From Candidatus Kaiserbacteria bacterium (GTDB taxonomy: Bacteria > Patescibacteriota > Minisyncoccia > Phycocordibacterales > Phycocordibacteraceae): a stretch of 64,000 nucleotides of DNA. Below the pieces are notes generated by a model that worked only from the letters and a program-made list of their open reading frames with translations, did no database searches and was not told where the DNA came from. The stretch lies in NCBI GenBank assembly GCA_016182485.1, contig JACPGH010000003.1, positions 70,331-134,330 of the forward strand. Direction: 5' to 3'. This document shows, in pieces, positions 36,707 through 46,630 of this stretch; within the stretch, counting starts at the first letter, position 1; every line of letters starts with the position of its first letter. The translations under genes were made by a program, and so were the position numbers.

Positions 36707-37342
36707 TTGTTAATGAAAGCCGTCGCTTTTATTGATGCTTCGAATCTGTCATATGGCGGCCAGAAGTCGTTAGGGTGGAGTATTGACTATGCGAAGCTCA
36801 GGGAGTATCTGACTGAAAAATATGGGATTGAGAAGGCATATTACTTCGGAGGAATTGAAATTCATGGACACCCGTTCGATTATTTGAAGTATGATTCTGT
36901 GCCAATAAGCCAAATCGAGAGATATCTTTCTGATTTGATAACGCGTGCCGGGCCAAAAATGACTGAAGCACAATTGGTTCTCGCCGACAGGCATCTCAAA
37001 AGAGTTCGCTTCTATAGGAAGCTAGCGGAATTTGGATATCGTCTGGTGTTAAAACCAGTAAAGTCTTATGAAGACGATGATGGGAACAGGCGCCGGAAAG
37101 CAAATTGCGATGTGGATATGGCTTTCTACATGATGAAAGAAATTGACTCTTATAATAGAGCCGTTGTTTTATCAGGCGATGGAGATTTTTTGCCAGTACT
37201 AAAACACCTGAGATCAATCGGTAAAGAAGTAATCATTCTCGCTCGAAGTCCCCGGACTGCGAAAGAAATAAAGCAATTTGCGGGAGCCGATTTTAGGGAT
37301 TTTGAATATTTAAGGGAACGTATCAAGCAGAAAGACGTGTAA
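36707..37342 (+). CDS. NYN/LabA-like (PIN-related) domain protein
   Basis: AFIDASNL N-terminus, NCDVDMAF and VLSGDGDF acidic motifs characteristic of LabA/NYN. Confidence 0.65.
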   Translation: MLMKAVAFIDASNLSYGGQKSLGWSIDYAKLREYLTEKYGIEKAYYFGGIEIHGHPFDYLKYDSVPISQIERYLSDLITRAGPKMTEAQLVLADRHLKRVRFYRKLAEFGYRLVLKPVKSYEDDDGNRRRKANCDVDMAFYMMKEIDSYNRAVVLSGDGDFLPVLKHLRSIGKEVIILARSPRTAKEIKQFAGADFRDFEYLRERIKQKDV

Positions 37343-37510
37343 ACAGCGAGCGGCACCCGTTTAGGATGCCGCTCAAGTCTGGTGTGCCTATTATAATCCG
37401 CTTATCGTTAATAATCAATGGTTGATGTTAATTACATTAATCATTGATTGCTGTCAAGCCCCCATCCTTTTTAGTGGGCAGGTGGAATATAAACACGTCT
37501 TCATTGAAAT

Positions 37511-37524
37511 AGTACGAACGTACT
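37511..37524. promoter_or_regulatory. putative LexA operator (AGTACG-AA-CGTACT)
   Basis: 6-2-6 inverted repeat 14 bp upstream of the lexA start codon. Confidence 0.45.
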
Positions 37525-37537
37525 ATATACTGGCGGT

Positions 37538-38107
37538 ATGAAAGACGGCCGGGCAAAGGTGCTGGAATTCTATCGGCAGAGGCGGCGCATGCCCTCCTAC
37601 CGCGAGATCATGCGGCTTATGGGCTACCGCTCGCTCGCGTCGGCGCAGTGGCTCGTGAAGAGTCTCGCAGAAGCCGGGGTGGTGGCCAAAGATAGGGCGG
37701 GCAAGCTTATCCCGAAGCATCCGTTCGGAGAAACGAAACTGCTCGGCGTTGTGGAAGCGGGGTTCCCCTCCGCGGCTGAAGAAGAATTGCTCGACACCAT
37801 CAGCTTCGACGAATATCTCACGCCGAATAAGGAAGCGAGCTACATCTTGAAAGTGAAGGGCGACTCGATGCAGGAGGCCGGCATTTGCGAAGGCGACATG
37901 GTGATCGTCGAGCGGCGTCAGACCTTCAAGCCGGGGCAGATCGTCGTCGCGTCGATTGACGACGAGTACACGATGAAATATCTGCGCAAGAATCAGCGCG
38001 GCTATTATCTCGAACCGGCGAACGCGAAGTACCAGCCGATCTATCCCAAAGACGGCGAGACGCTCGCTGTGGAAGCGGTGGTCACGGCCGTGGTGCGCAA
38101 ATATTAG
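37538..38107 (+). CDS. lexA: LexA repressor
   Basis: N-terminal wHTH, S24 peptidase motifs VKGDSM and catalytic K in IVERRQ...; 189 aa. Confidence 0.85.
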   Translation: MKDGRAKVLEFYRQRRRMPSYREIMRLMGYRSLASAQWLVKSLAEAGVVAKDRAGKLIPKHPFGETKLLGVVEAGFPSAAEEELLDTISFDEYLTPNKEASYILKVKGDSMQEAGICEGDMVIVERRQTFKPGQIVVASIDDEYTMKYLRKNQRGYYLEPANAKYQPIYPKDGETLAVEAVVTAVVRKY

Positions 38108-38109
38108 AC

Positions 38110-39417
38110 ATGGCGTGGGGCAGTGTACAGGCGTATCCCCGGGCGATCCTCCACATAGACGGAGACGCTTTCTTTGCCGCTTGCGAGGTCGCCAAGGACC
38201 CAGCGCTGCGCGGCCGGCCGGTCATCACCGGCAAGGAGCGCGGGATAGTCTCCGCCGCGACCTACGAGGCGAAGGCTCGCGGCGTCACGCGCGGCATGAC
38301 TCTCTCGGAGGTAAAGAAAGTTTGCCCGGACGCTGTCATCCTGCCCTCCGACTACGAGACGTACAGCCTATTCTCCAATCGGATGTACGCAATCGTGCGG
38401 CGCTACACGCCCGCGGTAGAGGAGTACAGCATTGACGAGTGCTTCGCTGACCTCACCGGCTTGCGCCGCTCTTTGCGCTTGTCCTACCCGCAGATGGCCG
38501 AACGGATAAAGCTCGAATTGGATAGCGAGCTCGGCATGACCTTCTCTCTCGGCCTCTCGGCGACCAAGACGCTAGCCAAGATCGGCTCGAAATGGAAGAA
38601 GCCTTCGGGCCTGACGCTTATCCCGCTCTCCGCCGCTGAGAGCTATCTCAAGCAGTTGTCGGTCGAGAAAGTCTGGGGCATCGGCCCGAACACCACGGCT
38701 TTTCTCAATAAGCACGGCGTGAGAACGGCCGCCGATTTCGCCAAGCGGGACGAAACGTGGGTACGGGGGCAGCTCTCGAAGCCGTTTTATGAGACGTGGC
38801 GGGAACTGCGCGGGGAAGTCGTCTTCGAGCTCGACGCGATCGGCCGGGAGAGCTACCAATCGATCAGTAAGACGAAGACCTTCACGCCGCCCTCGACCGA
38901 CCCGGCCTTTGTGCTCTCGCAACTATCGAAGAACATCGAGAACGCGTGCATCAAGGCGCGCCGCTGGAATCTAGTTACCTCCCAAGTGGCGTTTTTCTTA
39001 AAAACGCAGGATCTCAAATATTATGGCTATGAGCTTGCGCTCTCGCACCCGACGAACGTGCCGCAGGATGTGCTCAAGGTTGTCTCCGAATATTTCAGAA
39101 AAGTTTTTAAAAAGAATACGCAGTATCGGGCGACGGGCATCACGCTCTTGAAGCTCGCTGAGAATCAGTCGCCGCAACTCGATCTCTTCGGGGCGGTAGA
39201 GGCGACGGGCAAGATCCAGAGAGTCCTCGAGAGCGTGGACGCGATATCCGAGCGATACGGGAAGCACGCGGTCTTTCTCGGTTCCTCCTTTCAAGCAATG
39301 ACGCACACGGCTCATCTCGGCGACCGCGGCGACACGGCCAAGCGCGTCACCGATCTCTTCAAGGGCGAGACCCGCCGCCAGCGCCTCGCCATCCCCATGC
39401 TCGGCGAGGTAAAATAA
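38110..39417 (+). CDS. dinB: DNA polymerase IV (Y-family)
   Basis: ILHIDGDAFFAACE catalytic start, SIDECFAD motif; immediately follows lexA. Confidence 0.85.
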   Translation: MAWGSVQAYPRAILHIDGDAFFAACEVAKDPALRGRPVITGKERGIVSAATYEAKARGVTRGMTLSEVKKVCPDAVILPSDYETYSLFSNRMYAIVRRYTPAVEEYSIDECFADLTGLRRSLRLSYPQMAERIKLELDSELGMTFSLGLSATKTLAKIGSKWKKPSGLTLIPLSAAESYLKQLSVEKVWGIGPNTTAFLNKHGVRTAADFAKRDETWVRGQLSKPFYETWRELRGEVVFELDAIGRESYQSISKTKTFTPPSTDPAFVLSQLSKNIENACIKARRWNLVTSQVAFFLKTQDLKYYGYELALSHPTNVPQDVLKVVSEYFRKVFKKNTQYRATGITLLKLAENQSPQLDLFGAVEATGKIQRVLESVDAISERYGKHAVFLGSSFQAMTHTAHLGDRGDTAKRVTDLFKGETRRQRLAIPMLGEVK

Positions 39418-39422
39418 GTGGG

Positions 39423-40151
39423 ATGGATTCACTGACTTCATTCGACCGATTTGCCGAAGAATACGATAATGAAATGGGCGATTCGGGAGATTATTCCCAT
39501 AAGAACACTATTGATGGATGCCTTTTGGATTTAGTAGGCGATGTAAACGGCTTGGTGATTTATGATTTGGCTTGCGGCAACGGCTACATGGCCCGCCGTT
39601 TCGTAAAAGAAGGAGCTAAAGAAGTTTGGGCGTCCGATATTTCCGAAAGGCTCATTGATTTCGCTAAAAATAAATACAACGCAAGCGGAATAAAATATTT
39701 CGTTCGGAGCGCGGATGACTTTACCGATATTCCAGAAAATCATTTCGACCTGATTACCATGCATATGGCGCTGTTCTATATTGAGGACCTGGGCAAGCTC
39801 TTTCAGAATATTCACACGAGTCTCAAAACAGATGGCAGATTCGTTTTCACCTATGATCATCCCCTGCGCCTATTGGCCTATAAAGTGATGGGAATTGACG
39901 TGGATCTAGAGACAGAATATGAGGAATACTTGAACGAAGGCTTGAAAAAGAACTTCAACAATTGGACGAAGAAACAAGACGATTTATGGATCTATCGCCG
40001 TCCGCTCGGGAGCATAATAAACGCTCTCGGCCGAAATAAGTTGCTGGTAAAAGCGATGACTGAACCTAAAACAAAGACAATGTACATGGATAAACAGTTT
40101 GAAAGCGCCATTCCTTTCAAAATGGGATTTGAAGCGGTAAAAGTAACGTGA
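39423..40151 (+). CDS. class I SAM-dependent methyltransferase
   Basis: Motif I VIYDLACGNGYMARRF. Confidence 0.55.
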   Translation: MDSLTSFDRFAEEYDNEMGDSGDYSHKNTIDGCLLDLVGDVNGLVIYDLACGNGYMARRFVKEGAKEVWASDISERLIDFAKNKYNASGIKYFVRSADDFTDIPENHFDLITMHMALFYIEDLGKLFQNIHTSLKTDGRFVFTYDHPLRLLAYKVMGIDVDLETEYEEYLNEGLKKNFNNWTKKQDDLWIYRRPLGSIINALGRNKLLVKAMTEPKTKTMYMDKQFESAIPFKMGFEAVKVT

Positions 40152-40675
40152 TTTCCATGAATGTACTTAAGACAATCAGGGATACGGATGTTGGAAGTAC
40201 AGCGCCGGCACCGGAAAAGTATGTCGAACGGAGGGCCGCGCGAGCGGTCGTGCTCGATCCAGAAGGGAAGGTAGCGCTCCTGCATGCGACGAATAAGTCC
40301 TATCACAAACTGCCGGGCGGAGGCATTGAAGAAGGTGAAGATATAGAGACAGCCCTAGGGCGCGAGCTTCTTGAAGAAATAGGGTGCTCGGTCAAAAATG
40401 TCCGAGAACTGGGGGCTATAGAAGAATATCGAAACGAGTATGAAATGCACCAAATTTCATACTGCTATATTGCGGATCTGGCCGGAGAAAAGGGCGAGCC
40501 GAATCTGATGGAAGATGAACTGGCGGACGGCTTTCAGCCCGAATGGTTACGTCTTTCGGACGCCATCCAAGCGCTTGAAAACGAGTCGCATATAGAGCAT
40601 TACGAAGGGAAATTTATTCGACTGCGCGACGCGACGTTTCTTAAAGAAACGGCAAAATTTTTTGAAACGCAATGA
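40148..40675 (+). CDS. NUDIX hydrolase
   Basis: Nudix box LPGGGIEEGEDIETALGRELLEEIGC. Confidence 0.65.
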   Translation: MISMNVLKTIRDTDVGSTAPAPEKYVERRAARAVVLDPEGKVALLHATNKSYHKLPGGGIEEGEDIETALGRELLEEIGCSVKNVRELGAIEEYRNEYEMHQISYCYIADLAGEKGEPNLMEDELADGFQPEWLRLSDAIQALENESHIEHYEGKFIRLRDATFLKETAKFFETQ

Positions 40676-40800
40676 CCGGCGCACGTAAAGGAACCACGGA
40701 GAGGCTTAAGCGTATCGCGACAGAAGTACGGAAAGATTTTGAAAATAGAGTAATTGATAAAATTCAACTGCAGGAACTCTATAGCAATTATCATCCCGAG

Positions 40801-40843
40801 CGAAGGAGGGAATGGTAGAATAAGTCTATTGAAGCTAGATCGT
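40801..40843 (+). repeat. intergenic repeat element, partial copy 4 (3' half)
   Basis: CATCCCGAGCGAAGGAGGGAATGGTAGAATAAGT. Confidence 0.5.
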
Positions 40844-40986
40844 GCGCGCGACTTTTTGATGGTACTGTTGTGGGAATGGAAATCTCAATGCGAGAATTGA
40901 GGACTACGCGGTACACTGAAATAGTTCTCTACAGCGGCGAGATGCACGAAGAATCCCACGAATCGACTTCATAGTGCAGAGATAGT

Positions 40987-41727
40987 ATGAGCGACACACA
41001 ACAACAGGCGTATAGGGATGATTTTGAAAAATTTCTTTCTCACACAAACGAGAAGGAAATATTATTTGGCGAAATTATTAAAGAGGCAGAGAAAAGGAAC
41101 GCTCAATCGCTGCTGGATATTGGTGCTGGGAACGGCCTTCTCAGTATCCCGCTCGCAACCCATATGGCCCGCTATCTCGCCGTTGAACAAAAAGACAGTT
41201 TTGTAGATAAATTGCGAGCGGCCGGCCTCGACACTTTGCATGATTCATTCCCGACTCACATAGAAGAACGATTCGATATTGTGCTCTTTTCGCATTCCCT
41301 CTCGTATGGCAGGAAGACTCGGATGGATTTCGAGCCATTCATACGTGCCGCATGGGATTTAGTCGCTCCGAGCGGAGAACTGCTCATTGTTACATATAAA
41401 GGACAAGAGGATGACTGGACTCATTTGATGGAGCGCGTGGGCGAAAATCCCATTGACTCAAATCGAGTCGGTTACAATACGTTAATTATGCTTCTGAATA
41501 CTCTGGGAGAGGTTAAAGTTCATAAGGTTAAGAGTATCGTAAAGACGGGCACTCTTGAAGAAATGTTATACGCGCTTTCCTTTGTTGCGAGCGACGGGGA
41601 GCCTGTAAAGAAAGAAAAGTTCTTGGAGAAACGAGTCAGAGTGGAGAAAATATTGAATTCAGAGTACCAGGTCGCAGGCGGCATTGAGTTTCCGTTCTGG
41701 CATTATTTGATTTCCACATATAAGTAA
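40987..41727 (+). CDS. SAM-dependent methyltransferase-like protein
   Basis: Motif I LLDIGAGNGLLSIPLA. Confidence 0.45.
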   Translation: MSDTQQQAYRDDFEKFLSHTNEKEILFGEIIKEAEKRNAQSLLDIGAGNGLLSIPLATHMARYLAVEQKDSFVDKLRAAGLDTLHDSFPTHIEERFDIVLFSHSLSYGRKTRMDFEPFIRAAWDLVAPSGELLIVTYKGQEDDWTHLMERVGENPIDSNRVGYNTLIMLLNTLGEVKVHKVKSIVKTGTLEEMLYALSFVASDGEPVKKEKFLEKRVRVEKILNSEYQVAGGIEFPFWHYLISTYK

Positions 41728-41751
41728 AAAACGTTCGGCAAAGCTATAGGA

Positions 41752-41859
41752 CTTATCTTCTCTAATTCGCGCGCTGCGCCCGTCCGTAGCTTTATGCGAA
41801 GGAGGGCGGTGCCCTTCCGTAGCGTTAAGCGGTGGAGGGAATGGTGGAATATGCTCTTG
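41752..41859 (+). repeat. intergenic repeat element copy 5 with internally duplicated hairpin
   Basis: CTTATCTTCTCTAATTCGCGCGCTGCGCCCGTCCGTAGCTTTATGCGAAGGAGGG + CGGTGCCCTTCCGTAGCGTTAAGCGGTGGAGGGAATGGTGGAATATG. Confidence 0.6.
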
Positions 41860-41896
41860 TAAACAGGAGTGCTAATTCGGGTGATATTCTATTTGG

Positions 41897-42622
41897 ATGA
41901 AAGTAATCCTCTTCGATACGGAAACGACAGGGAACGGGGATGCGGACCGGCTGTGCCAACTCGCGGTTAAGGAGCGGTATGTGGACGAGCCGCTCGTAAA
42001 CGCTCTCTACAAACCGCCAGTGCCGATCTCGATCGAATCGATGGCGATACATCACATCACCGAGCGGATGGTGGTGGGGAAGCCGGCGTTCAAAGAATCG
42101 CCCGAATATGCCGGTTTGAAGGATCTTTTCGAGAGCGGGGAGACGATCGCAGTCGCGCACAATGCCGCCTTCGATGTCGCGATGCTCGCGCGCGAGGGCA
42201 TCGTCCCGAAGCAGGTCATCTGCACGCACAAGCTCGCGTATGAACTCGACCCGAACGATACGGTGCCTAATTATCGGCTCCAATATCTGCGCTACCTGCT
42301 CGATCTCGATGTCGAGGCCGAGGCGCACGACGCATGGGGAGACGTGCTCGTGCTCGAAGCGCTCTTCGAGCGGCTCGCGAAGAAGATGGTCGCGCGGCAC
42401 GGAACCGAGGAGGCCGCGCTTGCCGCGATGCTCGCGATATCGACGCGCCCGCTCCTTTTCTCGACTATCCGCTTCGGCAAATACAAAGGCACGCGGCTCG
42501 AAGAAGTGGCGCGCCTCGACAGGAAATATCTGGAATGGCTCCTCGCGCAGAAGGAGCAGGATCCATCCGGCGAAACGGACTGGATTTATTCACTGAAGCA
42601 TTATTTGGGCGCTGCGCGATGA
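41897..42622 (+). CDS. DnaQ-like 3'-5' exonuclease with ExoX-type C-terminal domain
   Basis: Exo I LFDTETTG, DEDDh layout; C-terminal FGKYKGTRLEEV...YLEWLL resembles the ExoX C-terminal domain. Confidence 0.6.
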   Translation: MKVILFDTETTGNGDADRLCQLAVKERYVDEPLVNALYKPPVPISIESMAIHHITERMVVGKPAFKESPEYAGLKDLFESGETIAVAHNAAFDVAMLAREGIVPKQVICTHKLAYELDPNDTVPNYRLQYLRYLLDLDVEAEAHDAWGDVLVLEALFERLAKKMVARHGTEEAALAAMLAISTRPLLFSTIRFGKYKGTRLEEVARLDRKYLEWLLAQKEQDPSGETDWIYSLKHYLGAAR

Positions 42623-42631
42623 TATCTTGGT

Positions 42632-43171
42632 ATGAAATCTGAAATAGAAGTGAAGGCGCGGGTGAGAGACGCGGAGGCAGTGGTCGCGAAGCTCGCGGAC
42701 CTTGGCTGTGCGCTGTCTGAACCTATTACTCAAGATGATTTTGTTTATAACAAGATCGGCGTCGACCCAAAGGACCATAGCCACGGCACGCCCGTGCTGC
42801 GCATCAGGGTACAGGGCGAACGGACGATCTTCACGCTGAAAAAGAACCGCAGCAATGAGCTCGACTGCATCGAGAAAGAGATCGATGTGAGCGACAAAGA
42901 TATCCTCGCAGATATTTTCGAGCTGCTCGGATACGAGAAAACGATCGAGGTTCACAAGATGCGGCGAAAAGGTGCCATCAATGGCTATGAAGTCTGTCTT
43001 GATGAGGTGCGAGATCTTGGGACGTTTATTGAAGTAGAAAAGATGTCTGACGAAGACGGTGCCGTTGTCCAAAAGGAACTTTTCGACTTTTTGGCGCAGT
43101 TCGGGATCCGCGAAGAAGACAGGGTTCTCATAGGGTACGATACCCAACTTTGGCTCAAACATAATCAATAG
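42632..43171 (+). CDS. CYTH-domain protein (class IV adenylyl cyclase / triphosphatase fold)
   Basis: N-terminal EIEVKARV (ExExK) and downstream acidic residues. Confidence 0.55.
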   Translation: MKSEIEVKARVRDAEAVVAKLADLGCALSEPITQDDFVYNKIGVDPKDHSHGTPVLRIRVQGERTIFTLKKNRSNELDCIEKEIDVSDKDILADIFELLGYEKTIEVHKMRRKGAINGYEVCLDEVRDLGTFIEVEKMSDEDGAVVQKELFDFLAQFGIREEDRVLIGYDTQLWLKHNQ

Positions 43172-43359
43172 ATTTCACAACTAGTCCTCTTTGCCGAGGC
43201 GGGGTAAGATAGTCAGATGAAAGAAAGAAACAAAGCGATTCCTGCGGCGTTTTGCACAGGGCAAATTTCAATCATTCGGTCGACCGGCCGATGATTTTCA
43301 CATGTGGCCAGTGAGACCGCCATAATCGGGGTGATACCCACGTATTGTAGAATAGGCGG

Positions 43360-43983
43360 ATGTCCATACGCCGCATTATTATACTGTTTGTAGGTTTAGC
43401 GGCGCTCGCACTCGGTTACTATTTCTTCTTTCAACAGGAAGAGGCGGCGATTACTAATTATCCCTCGGCAGGCGCTGACATCATCGCCTTCGGCGACAGT
43501 CTCGTATCAGGCAGCGGGGCCACGCCGGGAAAGGATTTCGTCTCTCTGCTCTCCGCACGAGTGGGCGAGTCCATCGTCAACCTCGGCGTACCAGGCGACA
43601 CGACCGCCGACGGTCTGGCCCGCATAGAAGCGCTCGACCGCTACAAGCCCAAGGTGGTCCTGCTTCTCTTAGGCGGGAACGATTATTTGCGGCGGGTGCC
43701 GCGGGAGACTATTTTTGCCAATCTTGGGAAAATTATCGAGGAGATACACGCGCGCGGAGCGGTCGTGATCCTGCTCGGAGTCAAAGGAAGCCTATTTGGC
43801 GATGCCTTTGAACAGCAATTTGAAACCTTGCGCGATCGGTACGGCACCGCTTATGTCCCCAATGTTCTCGACGGAGTTTTCGCCGACTCGCGATACATGG
43901 CCGATGCCATCCACCCGAATGATGCAGGCAATCAGATCATCGCGAACCGTATCTATCCCATTCTCGCCACGCTCTTGTACTGA
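43360..43983 (+). CDS. SGNH/GDSL hydrolase (secreted or membrane-anchored)
   Basis: Block I FGDSLVSG, block V DAIHPND; N-terminal TM/signal. Confidence 0.7.
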   Translation: MSIRRIIILFVGLAALALGYYFFFQQEEAAITNYPSAGADIIAFGDSLVSGSGATPGKDFVSLLSARVGESIVNLGVPGDTTADGLARIEALDRYKPKVVLLLLGGNDYLRRVPRETIFANLGKIIEEIHARGAVVILLGVKGSLFGDAFEQQFETLRDRYGTAYVPNVLDGVFADSRYMADAIHPNDAGNQIIANRIYPILATLLY

Positions 43984-44099
43984 TTACCGCCGGAAGTCGG
44001 AGACGGCCCAAAAAATGTAACTCATGAGAGTATCTCTGACGCAGTTCTTCATCGGTATTTCACCGCACATCGTCTTTACTGTCATGACTTTACACAGCC

Positions 44100-44897
44100 A
44101 TGAACAGAATTGGCATCGTGTGGCTTGCAGGCATTGCGATCGTAGTCATAGCGATAGCGCTCTTGGTGGGGCGCGGCTCGTTCGCAATCGATAATACCCG
44201 CGGAAGCGATCCGGCCGGCACGGTCGCGTATTACGGCAACGCGAAGGGGTATTTGGCTTTGCCCGCTACAGGAGCGGACAATGCGAAACGTCCCGCCGTC
44301 ATCCTCATTCACGAGTGGTGGGGTTTGAATGAAGATATGAAAATGCTCGCGGACCGTTTCGCCGCGCAGGGTTATGTCGCGCTCGCGGCGGACCTCTACG
44401 GCGAGGGCAAGGTGGCGGCGACGACTACCGAGGCGCAGGCGTTCGCGGGCGCGGTCCGCGACAACACTGACGAGGCTTTCAAGAACCTTGAGGCGGCGGT
44501 CGCATACCTCACGGCGAGGCTGGACGTGGACGGCGAGAGGCTCGCGTCGGTAGGATGGTGCTTCGGCGGCGGGTGGGCCTACCAAATGGCGGTCAACGAC
44601 CTTGGCACGAAGGCCTCCGTCATGTATTACGGCCAATTCGATCCCGAGGACGATTTCGAAAACATGCGCGCGCATATTCTCGGGCATTTCGGCGAGGACG
44701 ACGCCTCCATAAAGGTAGACACGGTGCGAGAATTCCGGGCGGCTCTCGCAAGAGCGAGCGGCGAGCACGAGGTATACATTTATCCGGACGCAGGCCACGG
44801 CTTCGCGAACGAGCGCGGCGGAAACAATCCGGCCTACAAAAAAGAAGCCTCAGATCTCTTGGCAAAGAACGAGCGCGTTTTTATCGGAAGTGTTTGA
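44100..44897 (+). CDS. dienelactone hydrolase-family protein
   Basis: VILIHEWWGLNEDMKMLADRFAAQGY, nucleophile elbow GWCFGG, C-terminal His in DAGHGF. Confidence 0.65.
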   Translation: MNRIGIVWLAGIAIVVIAIALLVGRGSFAIDNTRGSDPAGTVAYYGNAKGYLALPATGADNAKRPAVILIHEWWGLNEDMKMLADRFAAQGYVALAADLYGEGKVAATTTEAQAFAGAVRDNTDEAFKNLEAAVAYLTARLDVDGERLASVGWCFGGGWAYQMAVNDLGTKASVMYYGQFDPEDDFENMRAHILGHFGEDDASIKVDTVREFRAALARASGEHEVYIYPDAGHGFANERGGNNPAYKKEASDLLAKNERVFIGSV

Positions 44898-44919
44898 AAA
44901 GTAAGCGCTGTCCCGTCAG

Positions 44920-45339
44920 CTAAACCATAGCGACGACGGACATCGGCTCCATTTTCATTCCCAGCTCTTCAAGCTCGGCATTGTCCAGAAAATTTTCGGC
45001 TTGGGGTAGGATCTCGTTCTCTTCCATGAGCGCATGTGCTCCGACCGTATCCATTATCGCCATGATCCGCTCCGTACGGTCGCCGGGGAGGGCGCGCGCG
45101 GCAAGTACTTGAGCCTCAAGCTTCTTCTGCTCGGCGAGCAAACCGAGGTCGTCCTTGGCGCCCATCTTCTTACGCAGCGCCTTGTAAAAATGCTTGTCCT
45201 CCATGCGCTCGTGCCTGGCCAGCGCATCGAAGATCAGCTTTTCCATAGCCTCTCGCTTTTCCATCGGCGCCTCCTGGAATTCTTCGAACAACTCCTCTAC
45301 CGCTCTATGATCTCGCTTAATTACATCGGTGGCTTTCAT
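44920..45339 (-). CDS. hemerythrin-like (HHE cation-binding) domain protein
   Basis: IKRDHRAVEELF and HERMEDKHFY His/Glu pattern. Confidence 0.5.
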   Translation of the reverse strand: MKATDVIKRDHRAVEELFEEFQEAPMEKREAMEKLIFDALARHERMEDKHFYKALRKKMGAKDDLGLLAEQKKLEAQVLAARALPGDRTERIMAIMDTVGAHALMEENEILPQAENFLDNAELEELGMKMEPMSVVAMV

Positions 45340-45404
45340 ATGGCGCTATTCTAAGCCGACCCTGTAAATCTGCGGTTAAGGAAAGACGAGTATACTTAAT
45401 ACAT

Positions 45405-46181
45405 ATGAAACCTATGACAACGGTCATTAGCGTGCTGATCTTGCTAATCCTCATTGCGGGCGGGTGGTATTTCTGGGCAGGGCGGGGAAATCCGGGACCA
45501 GTGTCTCCGGGAGCGGATGGCGGGCAAAGCGGCGATCTCATCACGCTTGCCTTGGGTCAGAGAGGCTCGTTAAACGGCGTAACGATAACGCCGCGCGAGG
45601 TCGTCGAGGACAGCCGGTGTCCGCGCGATGTGCAGTGCATTCAGGCGGGCCGCGTGCGAGTGCGCGCGACGCTTGTGAGCGGCCTCGGAACGGCCAATCA
45701 GATATTCCTGGTCGGCGAACCGATCACGACCGAAGCTGAAGCAGTCACGCTTACGCAAGTGGAGCCCGACAAAATTTCGACTCGGACCATTAATGCAAGC
45801 GAGTACCGATTCACCTTCAAAGTCGTCAAACAGAGCGTTACATATAAGAATGCTTCGCGCGATCAAATCGAAGTGGGCACGCCATTCCCGGGCGCCGTGG
45901 TCGGCAAGACGTTCAAGGTTATGGGACAGGCGCGCGGCAATTGGTATTTCGAAGCCTCGTTCCCGGTGATCGTGCTCGACAAAGACGGCAATAGGCTCGC
46001 GGCCGTCCCCGCGCAGGCGCAGGGAGAATGGATGACTACGGAATTCGTTCCGTATATCGCCGATGTTTCGATCCAGGGAGATTACATCGGCCCTGCGACG
46101 CTCGTCTTGCAGAAGGACAACGCCTCGGGGCTCCCTGAGCACGACGCGTCCGCCTCGTATCCGATAACGATCGAGTACTAG
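45405..46181 (+). CDS. secreted hypothetical protein (possible GerMN/Ig-like C-terminal domain)
   Basis: N-terminal TM/signal; beta-rich C-terminal half. Confidence 0.35.
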   Translation: MKPMTTVISVLILLILIAGGWYFWAGRGNPGPVSPGADGGQSGDLITLALGQRGSLNGVTITPREVVEDSRCPRDVQCIQAGRVRVRATLVSGLGTANQIFLVGEPITTEAEAVTLTQVEPDKISTRTINASEYRFTFKVVKQSVTYKNASRDQIEVGTPFPGAVVGKTFKVMGQARGNWYFEASFPVIVLDKDGNRLAAVPAQAQGEWMTTEFVPYIADVSIQGDYIGPATLVLQKDNASGLPEHDASASYPITIEY

Positions 46182-46214
46182 TCTTCACATATTTGTCTGC
46201 GTCTCCCGCGTACA

Positions 46215-46586
46215 ATGTCCGCATTATTTCTAATCATGCGGACTATGGAAAAATTCTTGGTGTTGTACAAAGCGAGAGCAGCCGAAATGGAGAAAATGAT
46301 GAGAGACACGACCCCTGAAGAGCGAGAAAAGGGGATGGGAGAATGGAATACGTGGTTCGAAACGCACAAGAAAGAAGTTGCCGAGATGGGCGCGCCGCTC
46401 GGTGAAGCTAAGCGCGTGGATCCGAGCGGGACTACAGACGGCAAGAACGAGATCGGCGGCTATTCGATCGTGCAGGCCGGATCTCTGGACGCAGCGGCAA
46501 AGCTCTTTAGCAGGGAGCATCCGCACTTCAGCATGCCGAGCGCCTGGATCGAAGTCATCCAAATCATGCCGACTCCGGAGATGTAA
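46215..46586 (+). CDS. hypothetical protein
   Basis: 123-aa ORF; true start may be Met at 46249; no motif recognised. Confidence 0.3.
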   Translation: MSALFLIMRTMEKFLVLYKARAAEMEKMMRDTTPEEREKGMGEWNTWFETHKKEVAEMGAPLGEAKRVDPSGTTDGKNEIGGYSIVQAGSLDAAAKLFSREHPHFSMPSAWIEVIQIMPTPEM

Positions 46587-46630
46587 ACATTTGCTCCCAA
46601 CGTCGCTCCGTCCCGCGCTATACTTTATCT

